Below, in pieces: positions 45,718 to 58,215 of a stretch of 64,000 nucleotides of DNA; within the stretch, counting starts at the first letter, position 1, and each line of letters starts with the position of its first letter. The notes under the pieces were generated by a model. The model made no database searches and was not told the origin of the DNA. It saw nothing but the letters and a program-made list of their open reading frames with translations. Made by a program: the position numbers and the translations under genes. Source of the DNA: Schizosaccharomyces osmophilus (lineage: Eukaryota); the NCBI RefSeq assembly GCF_027921745.1, contig NC_079239.1, forward strand, positions 1,302,001-1,366,000, written 5' to 3'.

Positions 45718-47414
45718 ATGTCCTTTTCAAGGAACCGGTACGATCAATCAAAGAGGGAACGATCTGTTTCACCTCAGAGACACAGGAGTTACGCAAACAG
45801 AATTCGTAAGACAAGGCCTTCAGTAAGAGTTTATTTATCAATTTTTTCGTTATTTTATGTCTAACTTGAAAAACTTAGGGAGAAAATGACGATGAACGCG
45901 ATGCACCTAGAGTTCGTGAATCCAGAGAAAAGGCTTTTTTGAAACAACAAAAGCTATTAAAAGCCATCATAAGAGTGAAAGAGGATAGAGCCGGTCTTTT
46001 TGAAAAGCTTTTGGTAAGCCTTTCTCTGCTTTCACAGCAAAACAATCAAGGCGGAATTTATAATGGAAGCATGGATTTGACCGGATTGGACATGTTTGAC
46101 CCAATTTTTACGATAAAGGTATCTTAACTTTATTAAATAAATATTGACATATTAGGTTGCAGCAGTCGAAGACATAAATATCCTCTTGGAAAGTATACCT
46201 GAAATACTGACATTAACGGATGATACTACGAGCTTAAGCTTTTGGAAGGTATATTTTTTTATTGAATGTTTATTTACTAAATGACTAGTCTGTGTCCCAA
46301 CTGGCCGTTTCGTTCTTGGAGCTTGATCAACACGGGAATGCTTCACGAAGCTTGAAAACTGTTGCTGAAGATATTCAAAACATCCTCGCCCCAAAAAATT
46401 TTGAGCAACTGGTAAAGTTGGAAACACAAGTACAAGGAAAACTCCAAAGTAGAGAGCCAATTGACACGGATTATTGGGAGGATTTACTAAAATCCATACA
46501 AGCCTATAAGGCAATGGCATATCTTCGCGACTTGTTTTCTCAACCGCTAGAGCAACGAAAGCAGAAAATGGTTCAGCATGAAATGGAAAAGGCAATTTCC
46601 GATGCAAATTTCTTACGCAAGCACCAAAATGATACGCCTACAACGAAACTTTACCAATTACCAATTGACCCCGATCCATTATATCAAATAGATACCATCT
46701 CCAAAACGGCAGAACCTATAGAGCAAAGAGATTATGAAGACAGTTTGGTAAGTTCCTTGCTCCATCTATATATTAACGTGTATTAAGTCTGAAAAAATCG
46801 AGGCCATAAAAGGCAGCATTTACATCCCTACATCCTTCCTTATCAAAAAGCAAAGCAAACAACCTCAGAAAAACTTGATCTCCGACACTGAGGAAGATTT
46901 TTTCAATACTGTTAGTGCAAAACTCGAACGTGAATACCTCAAAGCTGGAGGCGAAGAAGAGCAAGAAATGTTTGGTGACTTTGTGGAAGGACAAGTAAAA
47001 GCGAAAAGCCAAGATGGAATACAATTGAAGAAGCCTAAGTATTTTAATAAAGTCATGTTAGGTTTTGAGTGGAATTCATACAATCAAGCACATTACAATG
47101 AAGCGCACCCACCTCCAAAAGCCGTGCAGGGATACCGGTTTAACATCTTCTATCCCGACTTGATCGGTACTACTCGTTCACCTACATACAAGATTGAGCG
47201 TGGCCCGAGAGCTGACAGAGAGTCGGCAATGACACAAGATAATGTTTGTATAATACGTTTTATCGCAGGGGTACCATACCAAGATATTGCTTTTTGTATC
47301 GTGGATAAAGAGTGGGACTATAGTGCCAAGCGTGAACGAGGGTTTAAAAGCAGTTTTGATAATGGTGTTTTATCACTACATTTCCAGTTTAAGAAAACAC
47401 ATCACAAGCGTTGA
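45718..47414 (+). CDS. cay1: Cactin (spliceosome-associated) Cay1, 5 exons (45718-45822, 45879-46118, 46156-46248, 46289-46747, 46788-47414), 507 aa
   Basis: KAIIRVKEDRA, IDTDYWEDLL, and the cactin C-terminal domain KPKYFNKVMLGFEWNSYNQAHY...PPKAVQGYRFNIFYPDL...PYQDIAF; four phase-0 introns. Confidence 0.9.
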
Positions 47415-47624
47415 TGTATGGTTAGTTCTATCTTGTTTCACGAATACATTTCACAATTTTACAAAGGGTACTTTAAGGTAAAAGGTAAAAAACCATATTG
47501 ATTGCTAGAAATTAAACAGAATGTAACTAAAAGAGAACATTTGCTTAATCGAAAAGAGGAGAAGAGCAACAGAGAGAAACGACGAAATGATCGTGTTAAC
47601 TTGTATCGTGACCGGAAAAAAAGT

Positions 47625-47938
47625 TTAATCCTTTTTAGCCTTAATCATCTCTGTTAGTCTATGCTTCACTTTTTCGTTTGCTAATCTTTAAGCTTGTGAA
47701 CTTACCATAAGAAGCTTTCCTGTAAAGTAAACGGAAAGCAAAGAAATTCCACCCATGGCAGCGTAAAAAGGGTAAACCAAGAAACCGCTACCAGGCCTCT
47801 AGAAGAAAACACTTGTTAGATATGCTTGAAACGGCTACATCTGGCGGGCATCCTTTATAAAATATGACTTACTTGCAAATAAGTAGGCCTATGAATGCTT
47901 TGCAAGAAGCGTTGACGTTGAACAATCAGGTTTTTCAT
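47625..47938 (-). CDS. cox7: Cytochrome c oxidase subunit VII, 3 exons (47938-47873, 47798-47706, 47639-47625), 57 aa
   Basis: MKNLIVQRQRFLQSIHRPTYLQ|RPGSGFLVYPFYAAMGGISLLSVYFTGKLLM|AKKD*; single TM helix with a YPFYA motif like yeast Cox7; two GTAAGT/CTAAC introns. Confidence 0.88.
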
Positions 47939-49582
47939 CTATTCATGAGTTAATTTCTTAATTTTTTGATTCATTTCGCATACGTTGATCGATATACGAT
48001 GGATTTCGAGTATCTGTTAAAAGTGATGGTTGAAGGTGGTATACGGCACATCCGACATGCTGAAGATTGGAGGTGCCTTAACAAAAAACCTTGAATCTCT
48101 GTTTGGCAATAATCGTTTTCTTTAAATTGAATAACAGTACTGTTTATTAGTATGAAAAAGGCAATATGATGAAATTCGTATTCTTCATGTGAGAATATCG
48201 AAATATCTTAGCAAGTTTTGTAGCGATCTTCTTAACAAAACACGACCGCTATTTGTATTCAGAGACTTATTTCCAATAAAGTAGAGATTGTTTTAAAGAC
48301 ATAATGTTGCCTAAAGTTCCACTTGTCCGAGAAATGCAAATACTATATTTTACGACTTATCTTTTCTTTGTTCTCAGAACCAGGATTAGATGCAAATAGG
48401 CTCTATCATAAAAATCTTTATCTTTTTTATGGATAAGGCTTGACGAAATACTTTTATTCTAGAGTTTTAAAGAGTTACCTAAAAGACGTTGAAGCATTCC
48501 AGATAAACCCAACCCTTGAAGGTTTCTTGCAACTAGAAAGAAAACCAACATATTTAAAATGTATTTAAGAAAGAAATTTTTAATTTAATGACTTTTGACA
48601 ATTTGAACTAGAGTCTCATAGCTCGTAGCTTCTATAGAAATACCAACTCTTGCTTTGTTTACCAAATGGATTTTAAGTTCGCTTAATGGGTACTGACATC
48701 AATGGAACTAGGATCTATTTGAGGAATCAAACATCTCTAAAGCTAGCCGGCTTTTTCGTTATTGTTTTGTTTTATTGTTGTCGCCAATTTTTTTTAAAAA
48801 AAATTGCTAAATTTATTCCTCCTAAGAGTCACTCCAAGTTGAGGTATAGAGCAATCTCTAATGATATCACAGTGTAAACAAAGGATCACTGAATCCATTG
48901 TTAGGGCGATGAGGAAATCGAGGTTTGAGTTTTTCTGAAAGAGCTCAAGGAACGATAGGACGATTCTAATCTTGTTTTTTCTTTTTATAACAATCAAACT
49001 TTTAGTTTTAGACGTAAAGCTTTTGCTTGCTGGTGGTTGCAAGGGCTCGTTGGTAACCGTCTTGTTACCTTTGGTTTCCTATTAATTTTTTTACTTTTGG
49101 AAAGATCCTACCTTCTTAATCATCCCTCGACCATACTATTTTTAGACAAGATCAGCAAAAGTACTCTTCCATATTTAAATACTTCCATCTATTAAGATAC
49201 TCTTCCCTTGCCGTGGCTGTTGATTCCTTTCTACCAATTTTCGGGCTTGGTTTGATTGTATACTGCTGATTTTACTAACTTGGGATATTTCATAGAGGGC
49301 GGTTACTTATTTTTTGCTTTTTTGGGTCTTTTTTTTTTTTTTATCTCTGGTTTCGTTTTGGGTACACTTTTGTGGAAAGGACAAAGATTCAGCATTTTTT
49401 TTCTGGATTTTCGGTCATAAAATCTATTTACTTTTAATCATTTCCTTTTCGTTCTTTTATTTATTCTTTCTTTTTGGTCAATTATTGTGTGAAATTTCGT
49501 TCTCTTGTCAATCACAAATTTGCTGCTCTTCTTTGCATTGATCTTTAAACGCTATAATAAAAAAACTATATATTTTCTCTAT

Positions 49583-50272
49583 ATGGCTCTCGACGAGTTC
49601 TTTTTATCTAAACAGCCCGTGAATGATGAATCAGTTCTACCATGGTTATCCCCCATTTCTGAAGGAATAAGCAGCCCTTCCTTCCAAAATTTTGACTTGC
49701 CTCCTTCCTCTGCGTGCTCTTTCTCATTATCTTCTGTAACTTCTGGCTCTGATAATACTTCCATATTTGATATGGACACGAACGCGAACGATAATTCTTA
49801 TGCCTTGCCAAAATTGCTCTCAAACATGAAAAAAGAAACACCTTTGCAAACCCACGATGTTCCTTCAAAAGGATCTGATGTCCTAACAGCTTCTCTTGTC
49901 ATTGGAAAACTCGGGTACGCAAAGTTGATCCACCAACATCGTAAGCTTTCCTATTCCAGCCAACGTAAGCAAGATCGTGGCCTTATGGCAATGGTCTTAT
50001 CAAGATCTGAAAAGCAAGAAGAACGAGAAAATCACTCTTCGGACGCCAGAGACGCTATCAAGAGTGCTCTTCGAAAGAGACTCCGCCGCCGAGAAGGACG
50101 GGTTCAGAAAGCCCTAAAACCTGCTCCTATCTTGATTTGCTCTAGATGCTCTGCTACTTTTGATCATCAATTCGCTCTTTCCTTGCACGAAAACGATTGT
50201 TTCAATCAAACCAGCTTCAAACTATCTGACTTCTTCGTAAACGACTTATTGGGAACTTCGCTTTTTGAATAA
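49583..50272 (+). CDS. rep2: MBF transcriptional co-activator Rep2 (C-terminal zinc finger)
   Basis: First ATG at 49583; basic RKRLRRREGR region, CSRC...H...C finger, acidic/hydrophobic tail; synteny with cay1 and mrpl35. Confidence 0.78.
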   Translation: MALDEFFLSKQPVNDESVLPWLSPISEGISSPSFQNFDLPPSSACSFSLSSVTSGSDNTSIFDMDTNANDNSYALPKLLSNMKKETPLQTHDVPSKGSDVLTASLVIGKLGYAKLIHQHRKLSYSSQRKQDRGLMAMVLSRSEKQEERENHSSDARDAIKSALRKRLRRREGRVQKALKPAPILICSRCSATFDHQFALSLHENDCFNQTSFKLSDFFVNDLLGTSLFE

Positions 50273-50693
50273 AAATAATGCTATCGTCGCCAATTGCGCA
50301 CATGAAGCTTGAGCCTTTGCAAAGGGCATATGGTACATTCTCTGCATTGTGCCTTGCAAGGTTTTCTAGTTTTGGAATTTGAATATTCGCTCCATAATGA
50401 TTTACAAATCAACTTCAGTCTACACAATGCTTACCTAGTTATGAAAGTATTATTCGCTCTTTTTTATAAAAATTTCAAACAAAAATTTTAGTTCATATTG
50501 GTGAAAAATAATAATCTTTTCGGTCACATAATTACTAAGAGGATTGCACAACAGAGTAGTCAAAAAAGATGCGGAAAATTTGATTGTACATGAGAAGAGA
50601 AGTAAATTATATTACAATAGGCCATCATTAGATGCAATAAAGTAGAAGGAAGTCTGTACTAAGGACCTAAATCCATGTAGGGAAATACGATTT

Positions 50694-51620
50694 TTAGGGG
50701 AAATCTTGCTTTACCTCAAAAGGAATATAATTATCCACATTTGGATGTTCCGAAAGGAACTTTTCAGTGCCCTCATCAAATTGGCTTCTAAACAAGTGGG
50801 AGCCAACAGGTGTTAAGGAGTATTGAGCGCAGATGTCACGGATGTTCACGTTTTCCTTTTGTATCTTACTTAAATCCAGCTCAACTAATGGGCTTTGTTG
50901 TTGCAAAACCAAAGTCACAATACGATGCTTGTCTTCTCCTTTGTGCACAATGGGAGGGGAATATGGTATCAAACAGTTGGATGGTCGTATAGTAGAACGA
51001 TCGGAAGCCTTGATAGGTACGTTGGAAGCTAACCATAAGCAGGATGTCTGAAATTGGTTGGTTTCGTAATTCGGCACATCTAGGTCTAGCGTGGCTATGG
51101 TGTAACTATGTTCTTCGGTATTGAATGGAAGAACCTGGAGCAATGGTTCAGAACATGCTTGCTCAGCTGGTATAATTGAACCAGGGACGACATCGGTTGC
51201 CTCCTGTTTTGAAAACTTCAAATGAACGTCTACAGTAGGCTGAAACGATGTAAGTCCTAAATCCTTTATAACCTTCATTTGCTCGAGTCTTTGAAGAAGT
51301 AGCAATTTGTCATGGCTTTCCCACTTTTGTTTCAACAAGTGAAGGAACACTGGACGTGAGTAGTCGTATTCACCATCATAAAACTTGGATCGAACACTTG
51401 GAAGATTTATTTCGGATAGAATTCTTAGCATGTTAACACGAGCAGTTTCCTTGCCTTCGGAGCTAGCTAATGCTTGCTTTAATTCTTTACGCTTTTTCCC
51501 AGAGTATTCTTCAACGACTGCCGTTGCGAGCCGATATGCATCATCTTGGGCTTTCTTATAGACATTCCTTATAGGAAGAACTCTTGGAACTGCATTTTTA
51601 AAAGTCCAAACCCGCTGCAT
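50694..51620 (-). CDS. mrpl35: Mitochondrial ribosomal protein mL38/YmL35 (PEBP domain)
   Basis: Presequence-like start, DYSRPVFLHL...W, PEBP-like YTIATLDLDVP and PYSPP..HKG..HRIV; 308 aa. Confidence 0.85.
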   Translation of the reverse strand: MQRVWTFKNAVPRVLPIRNVYKKAQDDAYRLATAVVEEYSGKKRKELKQALASSEGKETARVNMLRILSEINLPSVRSKFYDGEYDYSRPVFLHLLKQKWESHDKLLLLQRLEQMKVIKDLGLTSFQPTVDVHLKFSKQEATDVVPGSIIPAEQACSEPLLQVLPFNTEEHSYTIATLDLDVPNYETNQFQTSCLWLASNVPIKASDRSTIRPSNCLIPYSPPIVHKGEDKHRIVTLVLQQQSPLVELDLSKIQKENVNIRDICAQYSLTPVGSHLFRSQFDEGTEKFLSEHPNVDNYIPFEVKQDFP

Positions 51621-52904
51621 TCTATATGGCTTAAGTCCTTCAAAATGTTGGTGTTTGTTCTTGTCTTAAACCTCACCAGGTTACAACTGAAGGATGTTAC
51701 CTTACAAGTGAATATTTCTGCACAAAGTAAACGAGTGGGATCATTAAATGAATTGGTTCCTAAAGAAGCTACAGATTTCTTCAGTCCTCTTAAGATTGCC
51801 TCGTGGTATATTCCAAATAAAAACCAACTATCTCCAGCGGCGTCGAATAGAGCAGTACTAGAGTCCAAATAGACGGCAATGAATCCACCTTAAAACGGCT
51901 TAGAAAATGAACTTTTAAGTGTACAAAGATAAAATTTGCAATCCTATGAACTGAGGTTTCAACAATTGCAAAAAATTCTCAAGTATTGTCTAAGGATATT
52001 CTATAATCCGATAAACTGTTTACATTAGATTAATACAACACAAAGTCTACTACAATCATATAGGAAATCAGCTCTTTAGTTAATGATAACTTCTTATAAA
52101 ACTGTTGGGAGAATAGAAAATTCGATTAAGCAAGCAGAATCCTCACCAGGTAGAGTCAGAGTATAATAAAGCTCGTACATAGGAATCTATTGACTGTATA
52201 AAGTATCATCATCGTGTTTATAAAGCCGGATTCATTTTAAATTTTAAGCATGCCTTGATTTCATGATAAACACTGTTTAACTAAAATACTCAATGAAAAC
52301 AAGCCTGCAAAATAAATAAATAAAACGTAGAATGTAACTAAAATATCCCCTAGAAAGATCGGATAGAGCTCTTTCTAGGCAATAAAATCTATTAAAAATG
52401 GTTAAAAAAAATAGAATTAGGAAGTAATTTCTTTTGTTTTCAAAAATCGTTGTCGGCTTGCTTTTGGTATCACGGAGAAACTTGTCACAATCAACAATCC
52501 CAGTGTAGTTTCACTGATTATAATAAAAAAATAACAAATTTAATGAAAGAATTGGTAAAAACATTCCTCTATTCGAATGAATATGAATGTTTTCTGTTTG
52601 AAATTATCCTGAATGTTTACATGCTCCACATTGCCTTTAAACTTGACGATATGATTCTGGGGTAAAGACTATACCGGCCTATCAATATCTAGTAATAAAA
52701 TCGCACCCACATGACTTAGTTATATAAGTAAACATAGAAAATATGCGACAATCATAAAGAAAGAAAATCGGTGATTCTTTTCATTTCATTGGAATTTTTT
52801 GTTAAGATATTCGTAACTGCGATTTATAATTTCTCATTGAACCGTTATAAGTTTTTTGGGGAGAAGGCTTACTCCTGTTTTTGGGTTTGATTAAACTTTC
52901 TGAC

Positions 52905-53365
52905 TGTTTGTTTACAGATACATGACGCAAGCCACTGTCATTGATTTCACTATATAAACAACTGTTTACTGGTTTTTGATTTACCAAAAACAACATCATT
53001 CTCAATTGAATCTACGTACTTATTTTGTAATTTTCGCGGTTGGATACAGGGGCTGTTCTTATTGAACTGTTTGCGATTTGAAAAATAGTTTAAAAATATT
53101 TTGTGGATATCACCAATAACTGTGACTCCATATTATCTATACTTCGTTCGGCGTTTTAGGCTTCGCTGTCGCCTTTAATACTCGCTCTATCCTCCTAACT
53201 GTGTGGAATTGGTCTGACACTAAGTAGGCGAATCAATTGAAAAAGGCTCCACAGTATATTTATCCATTTATTATATAATTATCCTCTTTCTTCAATTCTT
53301 CTTCTTAGATTTCCTTTGTTCCGCAGTACTTTGTTTGCTTTCTTACCTCTTCTTTGTTTGTTTAC
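52905..53365 (-). promoter_or_regulatory. Two full FLEX elements (GTAAACAAACA) and one extra forkhead core upstream of atf21
   Basis: TGTTTGTTTAC at 52905-52915 and 53355-53365; TGTTTAC at 52963. Confidence 0.65.
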
Positions 53366-53636
53366 GTTTAGACAAAAGAAAGCCCAAGTTAGCCTGCCTT
53401 TCCTGCTTATGAGAACATAATTCCTTCTTTTTAGGACTCATCAACCTTTAATTTCCCCCTGTGTATATTTTCTGGCAATCGGTGGCTGTTTTTCTAACTT
53501 TCATTAAGGCTGCTTCAACAGTTTTGCCTTCAAAAGCAATCAGTGCTTCCAAAAAAAGAAACTCCAGTCTCTTTTGCTTTCTTGTTTATATTTTTTGATT
53601 TTTTGTATAAAGTTTTTATTTTTTTTTACGATTCCG

Positions 53637-54671
53637 ATGGATTTTGCAAATATGTATCTGGGCTTTGATAATTTGGGCAGTGAAAGTTTTCATCCAACGA
53701 ATTCATCTGTCCATCATAACAATAATCAGTTCCCTTTTCATCCTTCCATGTCAGAACCAGGCCCGCCTGACATGACAGCGAAGGCTCCCGTTGTTACTGG
53801 TGATTTGGGGATGTACGATATGAATGGAATCTCGCTACAAGCCATGAAAGCGAAGGAACAATTCCAAATGAGAACACCAAACAAGTATATTCCTATTGTT
53901 CGTGATGAAACCTTATCCTCCTATCAACGCTCTGGTATGTTATCGCCAGGTGCAAAAATCCCCGAGACAGTTAGTCTTTCAGATGTCTCAAAAGCTGAAC
54001 ATTATGGAGAAGCAACCCCTTTACGATCTGAGAATGTCGCTCCTTCAATGATGGGCATGTCTCCCTCCCAAATGCCTTTGGATCCTTCACTTGGGTTAAA
54101 GAGTTTTCAGCGTGCCCCTTCCAAAGCCTTTTCATTCGACAATGGAAAAAACACTCCCTATCAACTAATTCCAGACGATTCTTCCCATTTAGAGCCCTAC
54201 TCTGTACATTCTCCTAGCTATCATGAGTCTGCGTCTGTACAATCGTCTTTTTCCAATCCCACAACCCCTCAAAAGCAAAAGGCTTTAACTCCTAATAGTT
54301 CAGATTATGGTTCACCTAAACAGGACCTAGGAAGCATTTCTGAGACGAAACGATCGTCTCGTATGCGCCATAGTATAACTTCTTTAGAAGGCGATGGTAC
54401 TGGCAAGAGAAAGCGGTTTTTGGAAAGAAATAGGATTGCTGCATCTAAATGTAGACAGAAAAAAAAGCTTTGGACCAAAGACTTGGAAAACTCTGCTAGA
54501 ATTGCCTGTGAGCAATCAAAAGCCCTGAGATCTTTGGTCGCTCAATTACGAGAAGAAGTTTTATGTTTGAAGAACCAATTGCTAGCCCATCAAGATTGTG
54601 GATGCGAAGGCATAAGACAGTATCTTTCTTCAGAGGCGATGGGCATCATGTCAGCTCTTCAAAAACACTGA
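53637..54671 (+). CDS. atf21: ATF/CREB-family bZIP transcription factor
   Basis: KRKRFLERNRIAASKCRQKKK basic region, leucine zipper ending LKNQLLAHQDCGC; first ATG at 53637. Confidence 0.85.
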   Translation: MDFANMYLGFDNLGSESFHPTNSSVHHNNNQFPFHPSMSEPGPPDMTAKAPVVTGDLGMYDMNGISLQAMKAKEQFQMRTPNKYIPIVRDETLSSYQRSGMLSPGAKIPETVSLSDVSKAEHYGEATPLRSENVAPSMMGMSPSQMPLDPSLGLKSFQRAPSKAFSFDNGKNTPYQLIPDDSSHLEPYSVHSPSYHESASVQSSFSNPTTPQKQKALTPNSSDYGSPKQDLGSISETKRSSRMRHSITSLEGDGTGKRKRFLERNRIAASKCRQKKKLWTKDLENSARIACEQSKALRSLVAQLREEVLCLKNQLLAHQDCGCEGIRQYLSSEAMGIMSALQKH

Positions 54672-55176
54672 GTATAAAATCTCTTTTGCCAACCAGAACA
54701 AGGTATGTTGTTGTTTCATGAAATCATCTTTTTAGATACAATCGCTTCAAAATTTCATGTTTTTAACGGCGCCGATATTACTTATCAAAAACCCTTTCTT
54801 GCTGCATCGTTTTAATACTTATCCGTCCGAGTTAATCTTTGCGTTCGTTATTCTTTTGCCTGTTTCTCATGTAAAAGCACAAACTACATGTGTACTACGA
54901 GATCATTAATAATTCTTTCTAATAATAGTCTCAGTTAATTTCTTTTTTTCTTTTATACAAATTCTTGCTTTTCCATACATCAGCAAAGTGTTTCCATCCG
55001 CATGATTGTTATGTAGCTATATGCTGGGCTTGTTCTTCATGTTTATCACAAAACTGTTTTGCATAGTATCGCACAAGTCGTTAAACCAAAACACCATTTC
55101 CATACCAGTTTCAAGGATTAAAAGTAATTAGCTAATCAGTCTTTCTTTTTTCTTGTTTTTGTTTATTATTTAAAGG

Positions 55177-56394
55177 ATGCCGCCGTCAAATGTTTCAGAT
55201 CATGAGGCACCTCCCATTCCAGGAACCTTGGTCTCTAGGGAACGGTCGCAGGTTATAAAAAGTCGATTGGCTAGACTTTTGGGAACCAATAAAGCCTTTC
55301 CAGGCTCTCAGCCTGTTTCGTTCGCTCATAAACATCTACAAACTCTGAAAGAAAAAGATTATTATGTGTGCGAAAAGAGTGATGGTATCCGATTTTTGAT
55401 GTACATGACCAAGGACCCTTCACGACCTGATAGACCGACTGTTTACTTAATAGACAGACACCCGAATTATTATCACATTTCGAATTTAATATACCCCATA
55501 CCTACAGATGTATCCGGGAAAGCAATGCACACGGAAACCGTGTTGGATGGAGAGTTAATCTTAGAGCGATTTCCAGATGGGAAGAAGCAACTTAAGTTTC
55601 TCGTATTCGATTGTTTAGCTTGTGATGGAAAACTTTATATGAATCGTCCTTTGGATAAACGAATTGGGGTATTCATGGTAAACATCATTATTCCACTTCG
55701 GCAGTTCATGGAGAAATTCCCAAAATCAGTGAGTACGTTTCCCTTTATAACGGAGGGGAAGAAAATGGAGAGATCATATGGAATAGAAATGCTATTTCGG
55801 GATATCATTCCGAGCCTTCATCATGGAAATGATGGTCTCATTTTTACTTGTGTTGAAACACCCTACATCACAGGGACGGATCATAATCTTTTGAAATGGA
55901 AACCGAAGACCATTAATACTTTGGATTTTATGTTAGGGCTGGAATTCACCGAAGCTGATGAACAAGGGAATGTCAATTTTGACTCGATGCCTCAATTCCA
56001 TCTGGGCGTTTACCATGGTCGGAATTCTTATTCGCATTTTGCAGATATGTATGTGGATGAGGAAGAATGGGAAAAGCTTAAAAGTTTTAATACGCCGCTT
56101 CAAGATCGGGTTATCGAATGCAGCTTGGATGAAGAAAACCAATGGAGATTTTTGAGGTTTCGGGATGACAAAAGTGAAGCCAATCATATATCTACAGTGG
56201 AAAGTGTTTTAAAGAGTATTGAAGATGCTGTTTCTGAAGAAGATCTTCTTCATGAAGCATATGCAATCAAACATGCGTATAATCAACGACATCCGAAACC
56301 ACCGAGCAATGAGAAGAAACGGAAAGCGCAGGAGGAGCCTGTACAGAATGAAAAAGTTAAATCTGAGAGAAAAGAAACTGTTTCCGATGCTTAG
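55177..56394 (+). CDS. ceg1: mRNA guanylyltransferase (capping enzyme alpha subunit)
   Basis: FPGSQPVSF, KSDG (motif I), LDGEL, DGLIF, LLKWKP, W.F.R.R.DK...N. Confidence 0.96.
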   Translation: MPPSNVSDHEAPPIPGTLVSRERSQVIKSRLARLLGTNKAFPGSQPVSFAHKHLQTLKEKDYYVCEKSDGIRFLMYMTKDPSRPDRPTVYLIDRHPNYYHISNLIYPIPTDVSGKAMHTETVLDGELILERFPDGKKQLKFLVFDCLACDGKLYMNRPLDKRIGVFMVNIIIPLRQFMEKFPKSVSTFPFITEGKKMERSYGIEMLFRDIIPSLHHGNDGLIFTCVETPYITGTDHNLLKWKPKTINTLDFMLGLEFTEADEQGNVNFDSMPQFHLGVYHGRNSYSHFADMYVDEEEWEKLKSFNTPLQDRVIECSLDEENQWRFLRFRDDKSEANHISTVESVLKSIEDAVSEEDLLHEAYAIKHAYNQRHPKPPSNEKKRKAQEEPVQNEKVKSERKETVSDA

Positions 56395-56656
56395 ACAAAT
56401 ACTTTCTTGAAAAAAAAGTACGAACATAAAATGATTGAGACCTTATTTTTTTTTCAACAAGTCGTTTAACTAAAATTGAAGCCCTTTTATTTCTTTTTTG
56501 ATATTTACTTCTTACCATTGCATTGTGAATTACAATTTCTTTAGGATCGTTCTTTACAGAGTTTATTTATTACCGCGAATGTTTCTTTTTCTATTGAGTT
56601 TCGTTATATCGTTTACGAGGTTTAGCAGCGACTGAAAAACCGTCGACTCGCAAAAA

Positions 56657-56664
56657 CAGTCACG
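56657..56664 (+). promoter_or_regulatory. Homol D box (ribosomal-protein core promoter)
   Basis: CAGTCACG about 80 nt upstream of the rpl8 ATG; consensus is CAGTCACA. Confidence 0.75.
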
Positions 56665-56745
56665 TTTACACTGGAAAACTAGTCCGGTCGACATTCAGGC
56701 TTAGTACACGTACCATACAAAGTATCAGGAGCTTGGACGGTTAAA

Positions 56746-57507
56746 ATGGGTCGCGTTATTAGAGCACAAAGAAAGAGCGGAGGAATTTTCCAAGCTCACA
56801 CTCGCCTTCGTAAAGGAGCCGCTCAGCTCCGTACTTTGGACTTTGCTGAGCGTCACGGATACATTCGTGGTGTTGTTCAAAAGATCATTCATGACCCTGG
56901 TCGTGGTGCTCCTTTGGCTAGAGTTGCTTTCCGCAACCCTTACCACTACCGTACTGATGTTGAGACCTTCGTTGCTACTGAAGGTATGTACACTGGTCAA
57001 TTCATCTACTGTGGTAAGAACGCTGCTTTAACCGTTGGTAATGTCTTGCCCGTTGGTGAGATGCCTGAAGGTACCATTGCCTCCAATGTCGAAGAAAAGT
57101 CTGGTGACCGTGGTGCTTTGGGACGTTCTTCCGGTAACTACGTTATCATTGTTGGCCACGACATTGACACTGGTAAGACCCGTGTAAAATTGCCCTCTGG
57201 TTCCAAGAAGGTTGTCCCTTCTGCCGCTCGTGGTGTCGTCGGCATCATTGCCGGTGGTGGTCGTGTCGACAAGCCCTTGCTTAAGGCTGGTCGTGCTTAT
57301 CACAAGTACAAGGTCAAGCGCAACTGCTGGCCCAAGACTCGTGGTGTTGCTATGAATCCCGTCGATCACCCTCATGGTGGTGGTAACCATCAACACGTTG
57401 GTCACTCTACCACTGTTCCTCGTGGATCCGTTCCCGGTCAAAAGGCTGGTCTTATTGCTGCCCGCAGAAGTGGTCTCTTGCGTGGTGCTGCAGCTGTCGA
57501 AAACTAA
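56746..57507 (+). CDS. rpl802: 60S ribosomal protein uL2 (L8/L2)
   Basis: [10 protein letters not shown]...[10 protein letters not shown]...[19 protein letters not shown]; paralogue number is from synteny only. Confidence 0.95.
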   Translation: MGRVIRAQRKSGGIFQAHTRLRKGAAQLRTLDFAERHGYIRGVVQKIIHDPGRGAPLARVAFRNPYHYRTDVETFVATEGMYTGQFIYCGKNAALTVGNVLPVGEMPEGTIASNVEEKSGDRGALGRSSGNYVIIVGHDIDTGKTRVKLPSGSKKVVPSAARGVVGIIAGGGRVDKPLLKAGRAYHKYKVKRNCWPKTRGVAMNPVDHPHGGGNHQHVGHSTTVPRGSVPGQKAGLIAARRSGLLRGAAAVEN

Positions 57508-58167
57508 GCTTCTTTGTCTAATCGTTTCAAAATGCTCGCTATCCAAGCTACCTTTGTTTTGGGTTATGTAATGTTTATAAAAAAGTAATACAATGATGGC
57601 TGTCTTTTCATGTGTTATGAAGACTTGAAATATCACTTAGGCAATGTAGTAGGAACAAGTCTTGTATGCGTTGGATGGTACAAGAACATAACATGTAGTA
57701 TTAAGTAGTGTGTTTTCTATCCATATAAAAACCTAGACTTCCTCTTGACCTTGGCATGCCTTCCCTGAAAGACATATAAAATTGCAGAAACATTGTTACC
57801 CATTATGTATATGGTAAAGGCGTTGCGTCGTATCGCCTTTTCTTCAAACAGGCCTTTTGGTTCATTTCATTCCCGTGATTCTTTGACCTTGTATGGCAGA
57901 TAGGCATATCCAGAAAGTACTCAGTCGCTGGATTTCCGATGGTTTTTTAAAAAAAAGTGAACATACACTATGAAATGATGTTTCTAGGTTTGGCCGTCAG
58001 TCCCCTTTTCACTTAGTTCCCTATACCTGGTCTTTCTCTACGAGATATGATACAATTCCTACTATCCGTTGCCTGTTTTTGGAACAGTTCTATCAAGGTC
58101 ACCAAATAGTTCATGTTTACTGTACCTATTTACGAACATTCTCACAGTGCTTTACTCGCACCCTCTG

Positions 58168-58215
58168 AAAAAAAGAAAGGAAAAAAAAAAAAAAAAAAAA
58201 AAAAGGAAAAAAAAA
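58168..58215 (+). repeat. Poly(dA) tract (24 uninterrupted A at 58181-58204)
   Basis: Seen directly. Confidence 0.9.

Noticed and set aside
51546..51872. Overlapping 99-108 aa ORFs upstream of mrpl35
   Set aside because: Non-ATG starts, overlap with the mrpl35 5' end, no motifs.
57028..57636. 202-aa ORF antisense to rpl8 (likewise 62642-63034 against rpl17)
   Set aside because: Same codon-bias shadow effect.
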